DNA from: an uncultured bacterium
Lineage (GTDB): Bacteria > Acidobacteriota > HRBIN11 > JAKEFK01
Direction: 5' to 3'
DNA: 64,000 nucleotides
Assembly: GCA_963771165.1 (NCBI GenBank)
Contig: CAVYSN010000004.1
Span: 30,114-94,113 of the forward strand
The translations under genes were made by a program, and so were the position numbers. Shown here piece by piece: positions 1 through 9,181 of this stretch. The notes under the pieces were generated by a model that was not told the origin of the DNA, made no database searches, and saw nothing but the letters and a program-made list of their open reading frames with translations. The number at the start of each line of letters is the position of its first letter. Position 1 is the first letter of the stretch.

Positions 1-2
1 TG

Positions 3-277
3 AACCCTGCCAAACCGATTCCAATGGCTCTTTTAATGCTTCAAAACAGTAGGTTTTTCTTCACAGAAGAGAGCAAAGGAAGCAAAGGACTTAATGAGCC
101 TGGTTGGAGTATGAAGTTGAACGCCTTGTTCCGGCGCAAGCAAGATTGATTCAAACGGCAAAATACTACCCGAAAGGGCTCAGCGGATTGCTCTACTGGT
201 TTCAGCTCTACCCGATCCACCACATTATGTTTCGTGGACTCGCAAAAGCCATCGCGAACCGCGCAAGCGCAGCGTAA
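3..277 (+). CDS. 3' end of a DUF2867-like (NAD(P)H-binding family C-terminal domain) gene entering from upstream; apparent frame change near 98
   Basis: The frame opening at 98 reads AWLEYEVERLVPAQARLIQTAKYYPKGLSGLLYWFQLYPIHHIMFRGLAKAIANRASAA*. From memory this matches the conserved DUF2867 C-terminus. The upstream part is open only in another frame. The piece is under 60 aa, so it is not in the ORF track. Confidence 0.35.
59..88. repeat. Solo 5' arm of the AGCAAAG-word hairpin family (F3); no partner arm
   Basis: ttcacagaagagagcaaaggaagcaaagg matches the left arms at 9112, 12213 and 57411. No reverse-complement arm follows. Confidence 0.5.
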
Positions 278-338
278 ACCGCCAAGTATGCAAAAAAACC
301 AATCAAAGTTCTTGGCGATTTTGGCGCTCTTGGCGGTT
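277..338. repeat. Word-hairpin element, CGCCAAG family (F8)
   Basis: aaccgccaag (277..286) pairs perfectly with cttggcggtt (329..338). The inner arms are degenerate words. It lies between the convergent stops of the DUF2867-like gene and rpsT. Confidence 0.7.
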
Positions 339-386
339 ACAAAGCAGATGAAGACGCAGAATTTCGATATATACAGGAATGGATAA

Positions 387-650
387 TTATGCGTTTTTGT
401 TGGCGAGTTTGGTGAGGCGGGATTTATGACGCGCTGCGCCATTCTTGCTGAGCACGCCTTTGCGGACCGACTTATCAATGATGGAATAAGCTTCAGGCAA
501 AATCTTTGCGGCATCTTCTCCGCTCGCCGCCATTAACCTGACCTTCTTCAGCTCGGACTTCAACCGCGTTTTGTTCGCTTTATTCCGGGCTTGTAACTTC
601 TTCGACTCGCGCAATCTCTTCTTTGTCGATAATGAACTGGCTCTACCCAT
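387..650 (-). CDS. rpsT: 30S ribosomal protein S20
   Basis: An 87-aa basic ORF (KKRLRESKKLQARNKANKTRLKSELKK...) of typical S20 length and composition. A GGAGG sits about 7 nt upstream of the ATG. Confidence 0.9.
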   Translation of the reverse strand: MGRASSLSTKKRLRESKKLQARNKANKTRLKSELKKVRLMAASGEDAAKILPEAYSIIDKSVRKGVLSKNGAARHKSRLTKLANKNA

Positions 651-675
651 AGTACTTCCTCCAAAAATAACAACT

Positions 676-692
676 GCCGGCGAGCCGCCGGC
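676..692 (-). promoter_or_regulatory. Perfect 7-bp GC hairpin in the rpsT 5' leader
   Basis: GCCGGCG-AGC-CGCCGGC lies 26-42 nt upstream of the rpsT start. Its function is not established. Confidence 0.3.
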
Positions 693-753
693 GCCACATT
701 GGGACTAAGAATTATGCATAAATGAGAACAAGAAAGCAAATAGAACAATGGAG

Positions 754-820
754 ATCACGGAGGACACGAAGACAACAGAGGACAAAATTCTTTCTCCGTG
801 CTCTCCGTGACTCCGTGGTT
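754..820. repeat. Word-hairpin element, CACGGAG family (F1)
   Basis: The 5' arm is tcacggaggacacgaagacaacagagg. The 3' arm ctccgtgctctccgtgactccgtggtt (794..820) is identical to 52107..52133. The element abuts the holA stop. Confidence 0.8.
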
Positions 821-822
821 TA

Positions 823-1866
823 TTACGCCATCAGAGGGACGTCGAAAACAGGAGGAGCCGGCTCTTTCAATGTGCATAGCTGAATCGTCATCAGCTCCAG
901 AATCGTGCGATCCGAGGCTTGACCTGATTTTAAGGCCCGGTCTGCAAACGACAGCACTTCAATCGCCTTGGTCAAATCGGCCATCTGGAATCGGGCCAGC
1001 TGCGTGAGATATTTTTGCAGGAAGTAAACCGGCTTATTGATCTTTTGAGCAATCGTAGCCTGCGGCATTTTCTGGATCACCATCTCCTTCGCGAGAATCA
1101 TCTTTTCGTACTGCTTTGCCAGCAGTGCGATGCAATACACAGGCTGCTCCCCTTGTTCGAGCAGTTCTTGAAGCATGTGTACAGCCTTTCCCGCATCCTG
1201 ATCGAGCAAAGCCTCCGTCCAGTCCCAAATTTTTGCAGTGGGTGTGTAACCGACTCCATCCACCACATCCTGCAAAGCAATTTTCCTTTCGGACGCCCGG
1301 AAAAGCATGAGTTTTTCAAGCTCCGATGAGATCTTTTGCAAGTCTGTGCCCAATCGTTCTGTCAGTGCTTGAATGGCCGGCATTTCAATTTGAAAATTCA
1401 AGCTGCGGAGATGGCCAGTGATCCAGCTTGGAATTTCTTTTTCGCTGAGCGGCTGAAACTCAACCACCATCGTCTTTTTGGAAAGGATTCCCTTCAGCTT
1501 CGAGCTTCCTTCCCATTTCTCCAGATCAAAAATCAACAAAGTACCCGAAGACGGCTGTTCGACATACTGCTCCAGATAGTCTTTAATCCGCCCGATACTT
1601 TTCTCGAGAGCGGAAGCATGTCTGACATACACAACCTTCCAATCGCCGAACATCGGCATTGTGCTGGCTTCATCCAGAAATGACGTATCCTTGATCTCTT
1701 CGCCTAGTAAGGATCTGTAATTAAAAGCGCGCGAATCCTGATCGAGAAAACGGTTTAAAACCGTTTCCAGTGCACGCTCCTTCAGAAAAATTTCTTCGCC
1801 AAGAAAAGTGACGACGGGTGAGATCTTGCGCTCCTGGACCCCTTTGAGAAATTCGGAATAACGCAA
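823..1866 (-). CDS. holA: DNA polymerase III subunit delta
   Basis: A 347-aa ORF of delta-subunit length with the N-terminal pattern PVVTFLGEEIFLKERALE. It follows the leuS-lptE-holA synteny. Confidence 0.8.
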   Translation of the reverse strand: MRYSEFLKGVQERKISPVVTFLGEEIFLKERALETVLNRFLDQDSRAFNYRSLLGEEIKDTSFLDEASTMPMFGDWKVVYVRHASALEKSIGRIKDYLEQYVEQPSSGTLLIFDLEKWEGSSKLKGILSKKTMVVEFQPLSEKEIPSWITGHLRSLNFQIEMPAIQALTERLGTDLQKISSELEKLMLFRASERKIALQDVVDGVGYTPTAKIWDWTEALLDQDAGKAVHMLQELLEQGEQPVYCIALLAKQYEKMILAKEMVIQKMPQATIAQKINKPVYFLQKYLTQLARFQMADLTKAIEVLSFADRALKSGQASDRTILELMTIQLCTLKEPAPPVFDVPLMA

Positions 1867-1869
1867 CTT

Positions 1870-2421
1870 TTAGAATCCTTCGAGAATCGCGGACACAACA
1901 GATTCAGCGAAATCCTTCGCAATTTGATCGATGGCTTCCGATTGCCGGTCAAAGAAGAGAACTTCGTCCTGATCGATTTGATATTGACCCCGGAAAATAA
2001 AACTCGGGTTCTGGAATAAAACCTTCTTCTCCTGCAAATCCGTGAAAGTCACTTTTGCATTGATCACGACGTTGTATTCACTTGCGCGTCCTTCTGTGCT
2101 GAAACTGACCGGATACAGCGAAACGGAAAGGATTGTCCCTTTGAGCACGGCATCCACACCCTGAGCATCCGGTACCACTTTGTACTTGCCGCGTTGCAAG
2201 AGAACTGTTTGAATTCCGGCCGTGATCTTTTGCTCCACCTGATATCCCTGCGTGTTGTTCACAAAAATGGGAAGCCCGATCGTTTTGATATGCGCAGGCA
2301 AGCTGGATCCGGTACCGGCAAGATGGTATCCGCAAGAAAACTGAACAAACAACAGGAAAAGCAAACAGATGACGCGGGCGCGATAAATCGCGCCCCTACA
2401 ATAAGAAAATACAATCTTCAA
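1870..2421 (-). CDS. lptE: LPS-assembly lipoprotein LptE (RlpB-like)
   Basis: 183 aa with a lipoprotein signal ending FSC-GYHLAG. It lies between leuS and holA. The start is TTG with GAGG 7 nt upstream. Codons 8-16 are encoded by a REP copy. Confidence 0.7.
   Translation of the reverse strand: MKIVFSYCRGAIYRARVICLLFLLFVQFSCGYHLAGTGSSLPAHIKTIGLPIFVNNTQGYQVEQKITAGIQTVLLQRGKYKVVPDAQGVDAVLKGTILSVSLYPVSFSTEGRASEYNVVINAKVTFTDLQEKKVLFQNPSFIFRGQYQIDQDEVLFFDRQSEAIDQIAKDFAESVVSAILEGF
2374..2400. repeat. REP-A copy (GTAG head plus GGGCGCGA/TCGCGCCC palindrome) inside the lptE 5' coding region
   Basis: gcgggcgcgataaatcgcgcccctaca has an 8-bp stem and a 4-nt loop. The same element occurs at 19559, 39247 and 57489. 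Confidence 0.8.
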
Positions 2422-2425
2422 ATGA

Positions 2426-4847
2426 TTACCTCACAACAATATTGATCAGTTTATCCGGAACGAACACGATCTTGACAATCTGCTTCCCTTCCAGCTGTCT
2501 TTGAACTTTTTCATCCTTTGTCGCCAGATCCAGGATCTGTTCCTGAGAAAAACCGCGCGGAGCAGGCATGGAAGCGCGCAGTTTTCCATTCACCTGCACC
2601 ACAATCGTCGCCTGTTCCTCCTGGGCCAGGCCGGCATTGAATTCCGGCCATGGATGCGAAGACAGAAGCCGGTCATGGCCCATAGCCGCCCAGAGAGCTT
2701 CGGTCATGTGAGGAGCAAACGGGTTCAACAAATGCAGGATGGTTTGGAGTGATTGATGCACCGTTCTTGCGGAAGGTGGATTCGATTGCTGGATCGCATC
2801 TGTGGTGGCATTCACAAGTTCCATGATCGCACTGATCGCCGTATTTTGATGCATGCGTTCATCTATATCTTGAGTCACTTTGCGCACGGTCTGATGAATC
2901 TTTCGTTCCAGCGCGCGATCCGATTCTGCATTTCCTTCCGATTTGTACTGCATGTTCTGGGAAATCAGCTTCCACACGCGATGCAAGAAACGATGCGAGC
3001 CTTCCACACCCTGATCGCTCCATTCCAGTTCCTTTTCAGGTGGGGCGGCGAAGAGGCTGAACAGCCTTACGGTGTCCGCTCCATAACGCGCGATCAGATC
3101 ATCCGGATCCACCACGTTCCCTTTCGACTTCGACATTTTGGCGCCGTCTTTGATGACCATGCCCTGCGTGAACAAACGTTGGACCGGTTCATCGAAATTA
3201 ACCATTCCCATATCGTAAAAAATTTTCGTGAAAAACCGGCAATAGATCAAATGAAGAATCGCATGCTCAACTCCACCGATGTACATATCAATCGGCATCC
3301 AGTAGCTGACAGCATCTTGATTAAACATCGCGCGATCTTCGTGAGGCGAACAGTACCGGAAAAAGTACCAGCTCGAATCCATGAAGGTATCCATCGTATC
3401 GGTGTCACGGACAGCCGGTCCGCCGCATCTGGGACACGTTACATTCACGAACTCCGGCACACGCGCCAGAGGTGATCCTTTTTCCCCGCTCAGCTCAACA
3501 TGGAGCGGCAGAAGCACAGGCAAATCTTGATCGGGAACAGGAACGATTCCATCCTTTTCACAATGAATCATCGGAATGGGAGTACCCCAGTAACGCTGCC
3601 TCGATATGCCCCAATCCTTGATTTTGAAAGTAACGGCCCCTTCGCCGAATCCCTCGCTCTCAGCAAATGCCGTCATCTGTTTCTGCGCTTCCTCACTGGT
3701 CAGTCCGCTATAAGGAGCCGCTGTTGATGAGTGTGCCGTATTCTTCTTTCGCAGCTTCACCCGCTTCGGTCGCGATCACCGGTCGCTCCGGAATTCCGTA
3801 CTTGCGCGCAAATTCCCCATCGCGAACATCGTGCGCCGGTACAGCCATAATGGCCCCTGTCCCGTAATCCATCAACACGTAATTGGCCACCCAGATCGGA
3901 ATTTTTTCCTGACTGAATGGATTGATTGCGTACACTCCTGTGAAGAAACCCTTCTTTTCAAGGTCCTCTTTGCTGTGGAGCATCTGTTCTTCTTTCAACG
4001 CCCTTGCCTGGACGAATCGCTTCCGAGTCCGGTCCGGCAATCACCGAAAGCAATGGATGCTCCGGAGCTAGTACTACAAATGTAGCACCATAAATCGTAT
4101 CGATTCGTGTTGTAAAGACGCGGATTTTCTCACGCCTGCGTTCCACGCCGAAGTCAACGTAGGCGCCGCGGCTCTTTCCGATCCAGTTCCGCTGCATCGT
4201 TAAAACTTTTTCCGGCCAGGTGGAAAGCCTGTCGAGCCCCTCCAGCAAGCGGTCCGCGTATTCTGTGATTTTGAAATACCACTGCTCCAGCTGCCGGATG
4301 GTTACTTCTGTATCGCAGCGCCAGCATCGTCCGGCAACGACCTGTTCATTTGCAAGAACGGTCTGGCAGCTCGGACACCAGTTCACATTTCCTTTCTTGC
4401 GGTAGGCAAGGCCCTTTTCGAACATGCGAATGAAAAACCACTGGTTCCACTTGTAGTATTCGCGGCTCGCAAGTCGAGACTTCCCTTTTCCAATCATAAG
4501 AAATGCCGAGAGATTTCATCTGATTGCGCATCGCCGGGATGTTTTCGATGGTCCATTTGTAGGGCTGAACTTTGTTTTTGATGGCGGCATTTTCGGCCGG
4601 CATCCCGAGCGCATCCCATCCGATCGGATGGAGCACGTTATGCCCCCGGCGTCTTTTGTAGCGCGCGATCACATCACAGATGGCGTAATTGCGCACGTGA
4701 CCCATGTGAATTTTGCCGGATGGATACGGCAGCATCGCGAGAATGTAAAACTTCGACTTCCCGGACTCTTCGCGAGCTTCAAAACGTGGCTTCCGCTTCC
4801 CAGCGCTTTTGCCACTTCCCTTCGATGTTTCTGAAATCGTAATTCAT
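2426..4847 (-). CDS. leuS: Leucine--tRNA ligase, reading frame broken at least 4 times
   Basis: The HIGH region reads [15 protein letters not shown] and KMSKS reads [14 protein letters not shown]. The N-terminus [22 protein letters not shown] starts at 4847. It appears as five ORF pieces in the track, with breaks near 4786, 4500, 4000 and 3740. Confidence 0.95.
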
Positions 4848-4852
4848 AGGAT

Positions 4853-4920
4853 TTAACGCAATGACGCAAAGTCGCAAAGATGATTATTTTTTCTTAGCGT
4901 CTTTGCGCCTTTGCGTTGAG
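4853..4920. repeat. Word-hairpin element, CGCAAAG family (F2)
   Basis: The 5' arm ACGCAATG ACGCAAAG TCGCAAAG has an 8-nt period. The 3' arm is cttagcgtctttgcgcctttgcgttgag. It fills the DUF374-leuS spacer. Confidence 0.8.
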
Positions 4921-4939
4921 ATAAGAACATTATATTCGT

Positions 4940-5620
4940 TCAGGCGTTTTTCGCCCAGTGTTCGGCAGACTCACGCAATTGATTGAGTGCGTTTTCCAAT
5001 TCCACGCGTTTTGCTTCGAGCGTTTCTTCCGGGAGGTCCTTCTCCAGAAGGATGGGCGGAGCTATATCGACACGCACGCGTGAAAAGGGGAGCGGAATTT
5101 GAAAACGATCCCAGGAAGAGAGGTTTTTTGCGCGTTTTGCTTCAATATGGAAGGGTAGAATCGGATGCCGGGAATAGCTTGCAAGCCAGGTAACACCCTG
5201 TTGCACCTGATGCCGTGGACCGCGGGGTCCATCGACAGTAAAGGCAACGGGCGCTCCATGCTTTAACGTTCGAATCAAACCGATTGTGCCTTTCACGGCC
5301 CCTTTGGATGAGGAACCGCGGCTGCTGCCGTAACCAAAGCGGTGAATCACGTGAGCAATGTACTCACCATCTTTGTTTTCGCTTGTCAGCACAACGATTC
5401 CGCGATTTCGCCAGAAGAAAGTTGCCGCAAGAATGCGTCCATGCCAGAAAGCATAGATGATGGAACGGCTTTTTTCATGCAGTGTTTTGAAATGCTCATA
5501 ACCATGGATTTCCCACCGCCACGTCCGCGCAAGCAGCTGGATCAAGCTCCAACCGATCCAGCTCAGCAAATAGAAATAAAAAGATCGCAAGCGTTTCACC
5601 GCGGAGTACACAGAGAACAC
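4940..5620 (-). CDS. DUF374 / lysophospholipid acyltransferase-like protein
   Basis: 226 aa with YAFWHGRIL ... TVDGPRGPRHQVQQG, typical of DUF374. The first codons overlap a degenerate CACAGAG-word stretch (5600..5667), so the start is uncertain. Confidence 0.7.
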   Translation of the reverse strand: MFSVYSAVKRLRSFYFYLLSWIGWSLIQLLARTWRWEIHGYEHFKTLHEKSRSIIYAFWHGRILAATFFWRNRGIVVLTSENKDGEYIAHVIHRFGYGSSRGSSSKGAVKGTIGLIRTLKHGAPVAFTVDGPRGPRHQVQQGVTWLASYSRHPILPFHIEAKRAKNLSSWDRFQIPLPFSRVRVDIAPPILLEKDLPEETLEAKRVELENALNQLRESAEHWAKNA

Positions 5621-5665
5621 GGAGATAAAGAATCTCTCAGCTCAGCTCCGCTGAACTTGTGACTC

Positions 5666-6728
5666 CTAGTATGATTTTCGAATCACCTGGCAGAGATAAT
5701 CGCCGACCGCTCTTGTTCCCAGCGATCCGCCGAGGTCAGGAGTGGTCTGATTTTCGCGAATCGCGGATCTCACAGCATTTTCAACAAGCTGCGCTTCATC
5801 GTTCATTTGAAGGTGTTGATAAAGTAGCTGCGCTGTTAACACCGCGCCAAAAGGATTCGCAACATCCTTGCCGGCATACTTCGGAGCCGAACCGTGGACC
5901 GGTTCAAACATCGCAGCGCCCTTCGGATTGATGTTGGCGGATGCAGCCATTCCAAGCCCCCCCTGCAACTGCGCCCCCAGGTCCGTAATGATGTCTCCAA
6001 ACATGTTGTTGGTCACAATCACATCAAATGCCCTGGGATCCTTGATCAGTTGCATCGAGAGCGCATCGACGTACATGTGAGTGCATTGCATTTGCGGATA
6101 CTTTGATCCGACTTCCTTGAATACCCGCTGCCATAGATCATGTCCAAATGTCAGAACGTTGCTTTTATCTGTCATGCAAACTTTTTTACGTCCGTGTTTT
6201 ACAGCAAATTCAAATGCATATTCAATGATTCGCTGCACACCTTTTCGCGTGTTCACATCTTCCTGAATTGCAATTTCATCCGGAGTATTCTTTTTGAAAT
6301 TGCCTCCCATTCCAACATACAGACCTTCCGTATTCTCTCGAAAAATCGCGATATCGACATCACCTGGTTTGATTCCTTTGAGTGGACAGAGCCGTTCATC
6401 GAACAGCACAACAGGCCGGTAGTTTACGTAGAGGTCAAGCACGAAACGAGTTCCAAGCAAAATATCGGCGGCGTGACGCATATCGGGTATCCTCGGATCG
6501 CCGAACGCGCCCATGAAGATCGCATCGTAACTCGCCAGATCGTCATAACCGCCGGGCGGCATGCTGATGCCTGTCTTTAAATATTTCTCCGCCCCGTAGT
6601 CGTAGTGCGTCATTTCGACAGTTCTGTCCCGTGACTTCATTACAGGTCTGGATTACTTTGACCACCTCGGCGGTTACGTCTACGCCGATTCCATCGCCTG
6701 GAACCACGGCAATTCTTTTGTGTGCCAT
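5666..6728 (-). CDS. Isopropylmalate/tartrate dehydrogenase family enzyme, one frame break near 6640
   Basis: The N-terminus MAHKRIAVVPGDGIGVDVTAEV (frame of ORF 6543..6848) joins ORF 5666..6640 (NMFGDIITDLGAQLQGGLGMAASAN). Confidence 0.8.
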
Positions 6729-6738
6729 GACCAGAATA

Positions 6739-6921
6739 TTAACGCAATGACGCAAAGACATAAAGCGCCATAACCGCAAGTGTAAGAAGGGGGATCCAGG
6801 AGATTTGGCGATCAGGAGATTGCTCTTTAAATTTCTAACTGGGAACATCCCCTTATCTCAAATATCCCCACATCCCCATTCTTACACGTTCTAACTTTGC
6901 TCCTTCCCGCCTTTGCGTTAC
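6739..6921. repeat. F2 (CGCAAAG) word-hairpin split in its loop by an inserted F4 element
   Basis: The left arm is 6739..6779, and its first 19 nt match copy 4853. The right arm is 6888..6921 (cgcctttgcgttac). The interior 6780..6887 is a complete F4 element. Confidence 0.65.
6780..6887. repeat. GGGGATGTGG-family hairpin element (F4), nested copy
   Basis: gtgtaagaaggggga ... atatccccacatccccattcttacac is homologous across both arms and the loop motif gctctttaa to 19385..19475. Confidence 0.8.
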
Positions 6922-7045
6922 TATTTCCGTTAAGAATGGGAAGAGCTTCTCGTAAAAAGAAAACCGCACCGCAGGAGATTAAAGCTGAAGAAAGGCAACT
7001 CTGCAGTAGCTCCGATCTATCACAGGTTTAGATACGACAGATTGG

Positions 7046-9097
7046 TTGGTGTTGTGTTTGATTACGATCGCGTCACTGGCCGTTTATGCCAAAACGCTTT
7101 GTCCCACCATATTTACTACAGGAGCCGGCGAAAACGTGACCGCTGTTGTCACATTAGGGATTCCACACCCGCCTGGTTTCCCATTGTTTGTTCTCCTTGG
7201 CAAGATTTTTACTTACGTGATCCCCTTCGGAACAGCTGCTTTCCGAGTGAACTTCTTTTCAGCGGTCTGCGGCGCCGCGGCTGCTGCCATGTTTTACGTT
7301 TTATGCAGAACTCTAGTCGGTCCGGATCGTCGGTTTGCCGCTGCGGCAGCGGCTTTGTTATTTGCATTTTCACAAACGTTCTGGTCGCAGGCAGTCATTG
7401 CCGAAGTTTACACACTGAATGCGTTGATCCTGATTTGCGTCTTTTACATGCTGCGGCGATGGGAACGTGGTGGACCATTGTGGCCTGCGGCTTTATTTGC
7501 AGGCCTGGGCTTAACGGTGCACCCAATGCAAGCATTGTTCTTCCCGGGATGGATGTATTTTATTCTGCGATCCCATAAGCGATCTCAGATTGATTCCGAA
7601 GAGGTAAAAAAGAGTATTGCGGTTTTTGCCGGCGCTTTGTGTTTGCATTTGTATCCGCTCATTCGATCCAGGGCCAATCCACCGCTGGACTGGGGCAATC
7701 CTGAAAACGGGAAAAACCTGATCGCCTACCTGACGGCATCTCAATACCGGGATCGCATGTTTACGCTTCCTTTTTCGGTCGTGCTTGAGAACGCCGGTAA
7801 GGGATTTCAATTACTGTTTGAGCAATTTACGCCCTTTCTTTTTATCCTGCCTCTTGCTGGCGCCGTGTTGCTTTTCAAAAAACAAAGACGTTTGTTCATG
7901 GTAACGTTCCTCTCCGTTGTGCTGACTTTTTTATACGCCATCAATTACAACATTCCGTGGGAAATCGATGTGTACTACATTCCAATTGTGTTTGTGGCGG
8001 CGTTCTGGACCTTTTCGTTACTGTCGTTGGCTCCCGCAAAATATTCTTATGTGTTGCCTTTGCTGGCTGTTCTTCCTTTGATTTTGAACTTTCAACACAA
8101 TGACCGGTCAAAAAATAGAATTGCTCTTGATTATGGAATCGATCTTTTGAACACGGCTCCGGAGAACTCCACACTTCTTTTGCCGCAAACAGACGCTGCG
8201 TTTACGGTGCTCTATTTGACCGGCGCTGAAAAGAAACGAAATGATTTGAGCTTGTGGGTGTACAACGAAGATGGTGTGAGCACTTTGCGGGACGGAGTGA
8301 ATCCGAATGTTCCTCCGATTCCAATGGAGCGATTTCTGGCGGATCGAAAGAATATCTTTTTAACCCAGCGAGTCACGGATGAAACCGTACCGGGATACAA
8401 CCAGCTTCCATATGGCGTGCTCTATCTTCTGGCGCGAAAAGATAGTCAGCCGGGACACGCACCGATTGACTTCACAAAATATCGATTGGAGGAGAACATC
8501 TCTTCGCCACCTTCTTTCTTTCTGGATGACAGGAACCGGGCGGTGCTTGCCTCGTATTATCTGTCGCGCGGGGATCAGGCTCTTTCAGCCGGCAAGAGAG
8601 GGCTTGCGATGGAAGGATATTTAAACGCCGAAAAGTTGGGTGAGGATCTGGCGGAGATTCGGAGCCAGCTTGCACTGCGCTTCGCGGATCTCGGGAACAC
8701 CGCGGCGGCCATTGCTCAGCTTCGTGCGAGCATTCAGCTGAATGAAAGCGCGGGGGATCAGAATCGTCTGGGGCGACTTCTTGCTGAGTCCGGCCGAACG
8801 GATGAAGCCATGACCGCTTTTGTGCGCGCTATTGAACTGGATCCAAAGATGGCCATCGCTCATTCGAATCTCGGAGCCACTCTGGGCATGAAGGGTGATA
8901 TGAAACGGGCCATTCAAGCGTTGGAAACAGCAGTGAGACTCGATCCAAACGATCCGAAATCGCATAACAACCTTGCGATTGCATATATGAAAACGGGACG
9001 CCGTGAGGCGGCGGTTGCGCACTGGAAAACATCCTTGAATCTCGATCCGAGTCAGAAGCAAGTCAGAACGCAGCTGGAAGAATTGAATGTACAATGA
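7046..9097 (+). CDS. DUF2723 (PMT-like membrane glycosyltransferase) with C-terminal TPR repeats
   Basis: 683 aa with multiple TM segments, the motif GIPHPPGFPLFVLLGK, and TPR repeats in the last ~170 aa. An N-terminal extension from ATG 6937 may exist in another frame. Confidence 0.75.
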   Translation: MVLCLITIASLAVYAKTLCPTIFTTGAGENVTAVVTLGIPHPPGFPLFVLLGKIFTYVIPFGTAAFRVNFFSAVCGAAAAAMFYVLCRTLVGPDRRFAAAAAALLFAFSQTFWSQAVIAEVYTLNALILICVFYMLRRWERGGPLWPAALFAGLGLTVHPMQALFFPGWMYFILRSHKRSQIDSEEVKKSIAVFAGALCLHLYPLIRSRANPPLDWGNPENGKNLIAYLTASQYRDRMFTLPFSVVLENAGKGFQLLFEQFTPFLFILPLAGAVLLFKKQRRLFMVTFLSVVLTFLYAINYNIPWEIDVYYIPIVFVAAFWTFSLLSLAPAKYSYVLPLLAVLPLILNFQHNDRSKNRIALDYGIDLLNTAPENSTLLLPQTDAAFTVLYLTGAEKKRNDLSLWVYNEDGVSTLRDGVNPNVPPIPMERFLADRKNIFLTQRVTDETVPGYNQLPYGVLYLLARKDSQPGHAPIDFTKYRLEENISSPPSFFLDDRNRAVLASYYLSRGDQALSAGKRGLAMEGYLNAEKLGEDLAEIRSQLALRFADLGNTAAAIAQLRASIQLNESAGDQNRLGRLLAESGRTDEAMTAFVRAIELDPKMAIAHSNLGATLGMKGDMKRAIQALETAVRLDPNDPKSHNNLAIAYMKTGRREAAVAHWKTSLNLDPSQKQVRTQLEELNVQ

Positions 9098-9111
9098 ACA
9101 TGGAAGTATTT

Positions 9112-9178
9112 TTAACAGAAGGAAGCAAAGAAAGCACAGTTTTTTATTTCTTTGCTCCCTTCGCTATCTTCTGTTGAA
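9112..9178. repeat. Word-hairpin element, AGCAAAG family (F3)
   Basis: ttaacagaaggaagcaaagaaagcacag / ctttgctcccttcgctatcttctgttgaa. The 5' arm contains no T. The element ends 3 nt before the SDR ATG. Confidence 0.85.
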
Positions 9179-9181
9179 AAA

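Noticed and set aside
41-514. 157-aa minus-strand ORF at the window start
   Set aside because: It overlaps rpsT in another frame and runs through two repeat elements. Its composition is implausible and I recognise no family. I treat it as a spurious read-through ORF.
2753-3475. 240-aa plus-strand ORF inside leuS, and similar long antisense ORFs at 12876..13724, 20440..21174, 32354..32863, 42861..43382 and 53264..54211
   Set aside because: Each lies antisense to a gene with strong family signatures. Each has low-complexity, Arg/His/Cys-rich composition typical of shadow ORFs.
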